The notes beneath the pieces are model-generated. The model was not told the DNA's origin and did no database searches. It saw nothing but the letters and a program-made list of their open reading frames with translations. 64,000 nt of DNA from Bugula neritina (Eukaryota > Animalia > Bryozoa). The position numbers and the translations under genes were made by a program. Positions 62,854-64,000 of the stretch are shown piece by piece. The stretch covers positions 12,905,675 through 12,969,674 of the forward strand of contig OZ037768.1 in NCBI GenBank assembly GCA_964035545.1, written 5' to 3'. The first letter of the stretch is position 1, and each line of letters begins with the position of its first letter.

Positions 62854-63957
62854 CTACACCCCCGGAATATGTTCCTGGAGGTATCCTAGCTCCTTGACGC
62901 CATCGGTTGAGACGGGTTCGGCGTGGGGGTCCTGTGCCACCTCTGGGGGCATGTCAGGGTCCCCAAGGTGAGGTGTAGCCTCAGTTTTGTGTAGTGACGT
63001 GACCGTCTCTGGGCGCTGTTCGTCATCTACGCAACCGTCTGATGTTCTATCACGGGTCCCCTGGCTGTGGGGTGAGGCAGTCCTTCGCCCGGAAGGCGGG
63101 TTCTCTAGAGGACTTTTCATCGCGGTTTCCCACGATGGCCTGCTGTTATCTTCTTGAACAGAAGGAGTACAGCTTGGTGGAGAGGTGGGTGGTAGGCTCA
63201 CTGTCTCCGAGGGGGAGTGGAGGCATGGCACCGAGGTCTTTCCTTTCCGTGTCAGCTGTTTAGAGCTGCGGACAGGTGGGACCTTCGGGTGCGCGCTCTC
63301 TACAGCTCCCGGCTTTGAGGTACGGCCACCGTCTACCTGGTGGTGGACGGTGTCCCGGGAGTGGCCGGGCATAGTACAGGCACGTACTATTGGCTCTTCT
63401 CCCGTTAGGGGATGGCCAAACTTATCGACACAGGCGAGCTCCCTGCCGCCCATAATCATCGCAGATTTACCAAAATCAATGCGACATCCGTGTCGTTGTA
63501 AGAATGGCATCCCAAGGATGGCGTCCTCCTGGAGTTGTCCTACTATGAACCTCTCCTGGATGGTCTGGTCACAGACGCTCCCAGGGAGTTCAATGATACC
63601 GTAGAAGGGGATGCACGACCCGTCTGCCAGGGTGCCATGATCGCCTTCATACGGTTCCAACCTGCTTCGGATCTGAGCACTGAGTGTGTCGAAGAATCGA
63701 CGACCCAGGAGGTTGGTGGTACAGCCTGTGTCCAACAGATATCTGGCAGGTTTGCCGGCTATCTGTCCTGGTAGAAACAGGCTGCTCTCGTGAGGATGTA
63801 GTGGTCTCTTGGGTGACCTCATCTCCCTCGCCTTGGCGGAGGGGTTAGGTTCTTGACGACGACTCGGGACCAGCTGCCGAGGGATTTGGGCACCTTTCCT
63901 CGCAGACTCTGCGGTCCGTCGTTTGTCAAACCTGTTGCGGGGTGGCATTGAGAACAC
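62854..63957 (-). CDS. Gypsy gag-pol fragment with retroviral-type aspartic protease
   Basis: LFLPGQIAGKPARYLLDTGCTTNLL...LADGS...DAILGMPFLQRHGCRIDF (DTG active site, ILGMPFL motif). No YxDD RT motif downstream. Confidence 0.85.
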   Translation of the reverse strand: MFSMPPRNRFDKRRTAESARKGAQIPRQLVPSRRQEPNPSAKAREMRSPKRPLHPHESSLFLPGQIAGKPARYLLDTGCTTNLLGRRFFDTLSAQIRSRLEPYEGDHGTLADGSCIPFYGIIELPGSVCDQTIQERFIVGQLQEDAILGMPFLQRHGCRIDFGKSAMIMGGRELACVDKFGHPLTGEEPIVRACTMPGHSRDTVHHQVDGGRTSKPGAVESAHPKVPPVRSSKQLTRKGKTSVPCLHSPSETVSLPPTSPPSCTPSVQEDNSRPSWETAMKSPLENPPSGRRTASPHSQGTRDRTSDGCVDDEQRPETVTSLHKTEATPHLGDPDMPPEVAQDPHAEPVSTDGVKELGYLQEHIPGV

Positions 63958-64000
63958 CGGCAGCGAGCGGCTTGTACAGCCTGCTTGCCATCCTGGTGGC

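Larger units (their letters stand above)
60220..64000 (-). mobile_element. Ty3/Gypsy-type LTR retrotransposon, non-autonomous (RT, RNase H and integrase core absent); 5' part beyond window
   Basis: Abrupt rise in GC content; protease upstream of integrase zinc finger; polypurine-like tract then a TG...CA LTR; inserted into a dispersed repeat. Confidence 0.88.

Noticed and set aside
60710-63774. Plus-strand ORFs within the LTR element
   Set aside because: Antisense shadows of GC-rich minus-strand coding sequence; no recognisable motifs.

Overview
AT-rich, intron-containing animal (invertebrate-like) genomic DNA; no prokaryotic features. All gene models were built by hand from splice sites and reading-frame phase; family assignments come from remembered motifs, not database searches. 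Four host genes can be reconstructed. (1) A 24-exon receptor-type guanylyl cyclase on + (391-18804, 5' end outside the window, ~1,316 aa visible, catalytic residues intact). (2) A short ~150-aa F-box gene on + (23322-~24714). (3) An SLF2/FAM178-like gene on - (30463 to at least 37960), with possible extra downstream exons (26566-28674). (4) An unusual ~498-aa 'mini-ankyrin' on - (50142-56845) with six ANK repeats and one ZU5 domain, which stops at the end of ZU5-N. Mobile DNA includes tRNA-derived SINEs, an RTE LINE 3' end, a Penelope-like RT fragment and several MITE-like hairpins. The most interesting items are: a 1.7-kb Mutator/Foldback-like element with a 9-bp TSD and five evenly spaced 16-15-16-bp inverted-arm sites; a non-autonomous Gypsy element (60220 to window end) lacking RT/RNase H/integrase core but carrying an extra zinc-finger/coiled-coil ORF before the 3' LTR; the mini-ankyrin; and a 33-bp palindrome with an 8-bp TSD resembling a P-element excision footprint.
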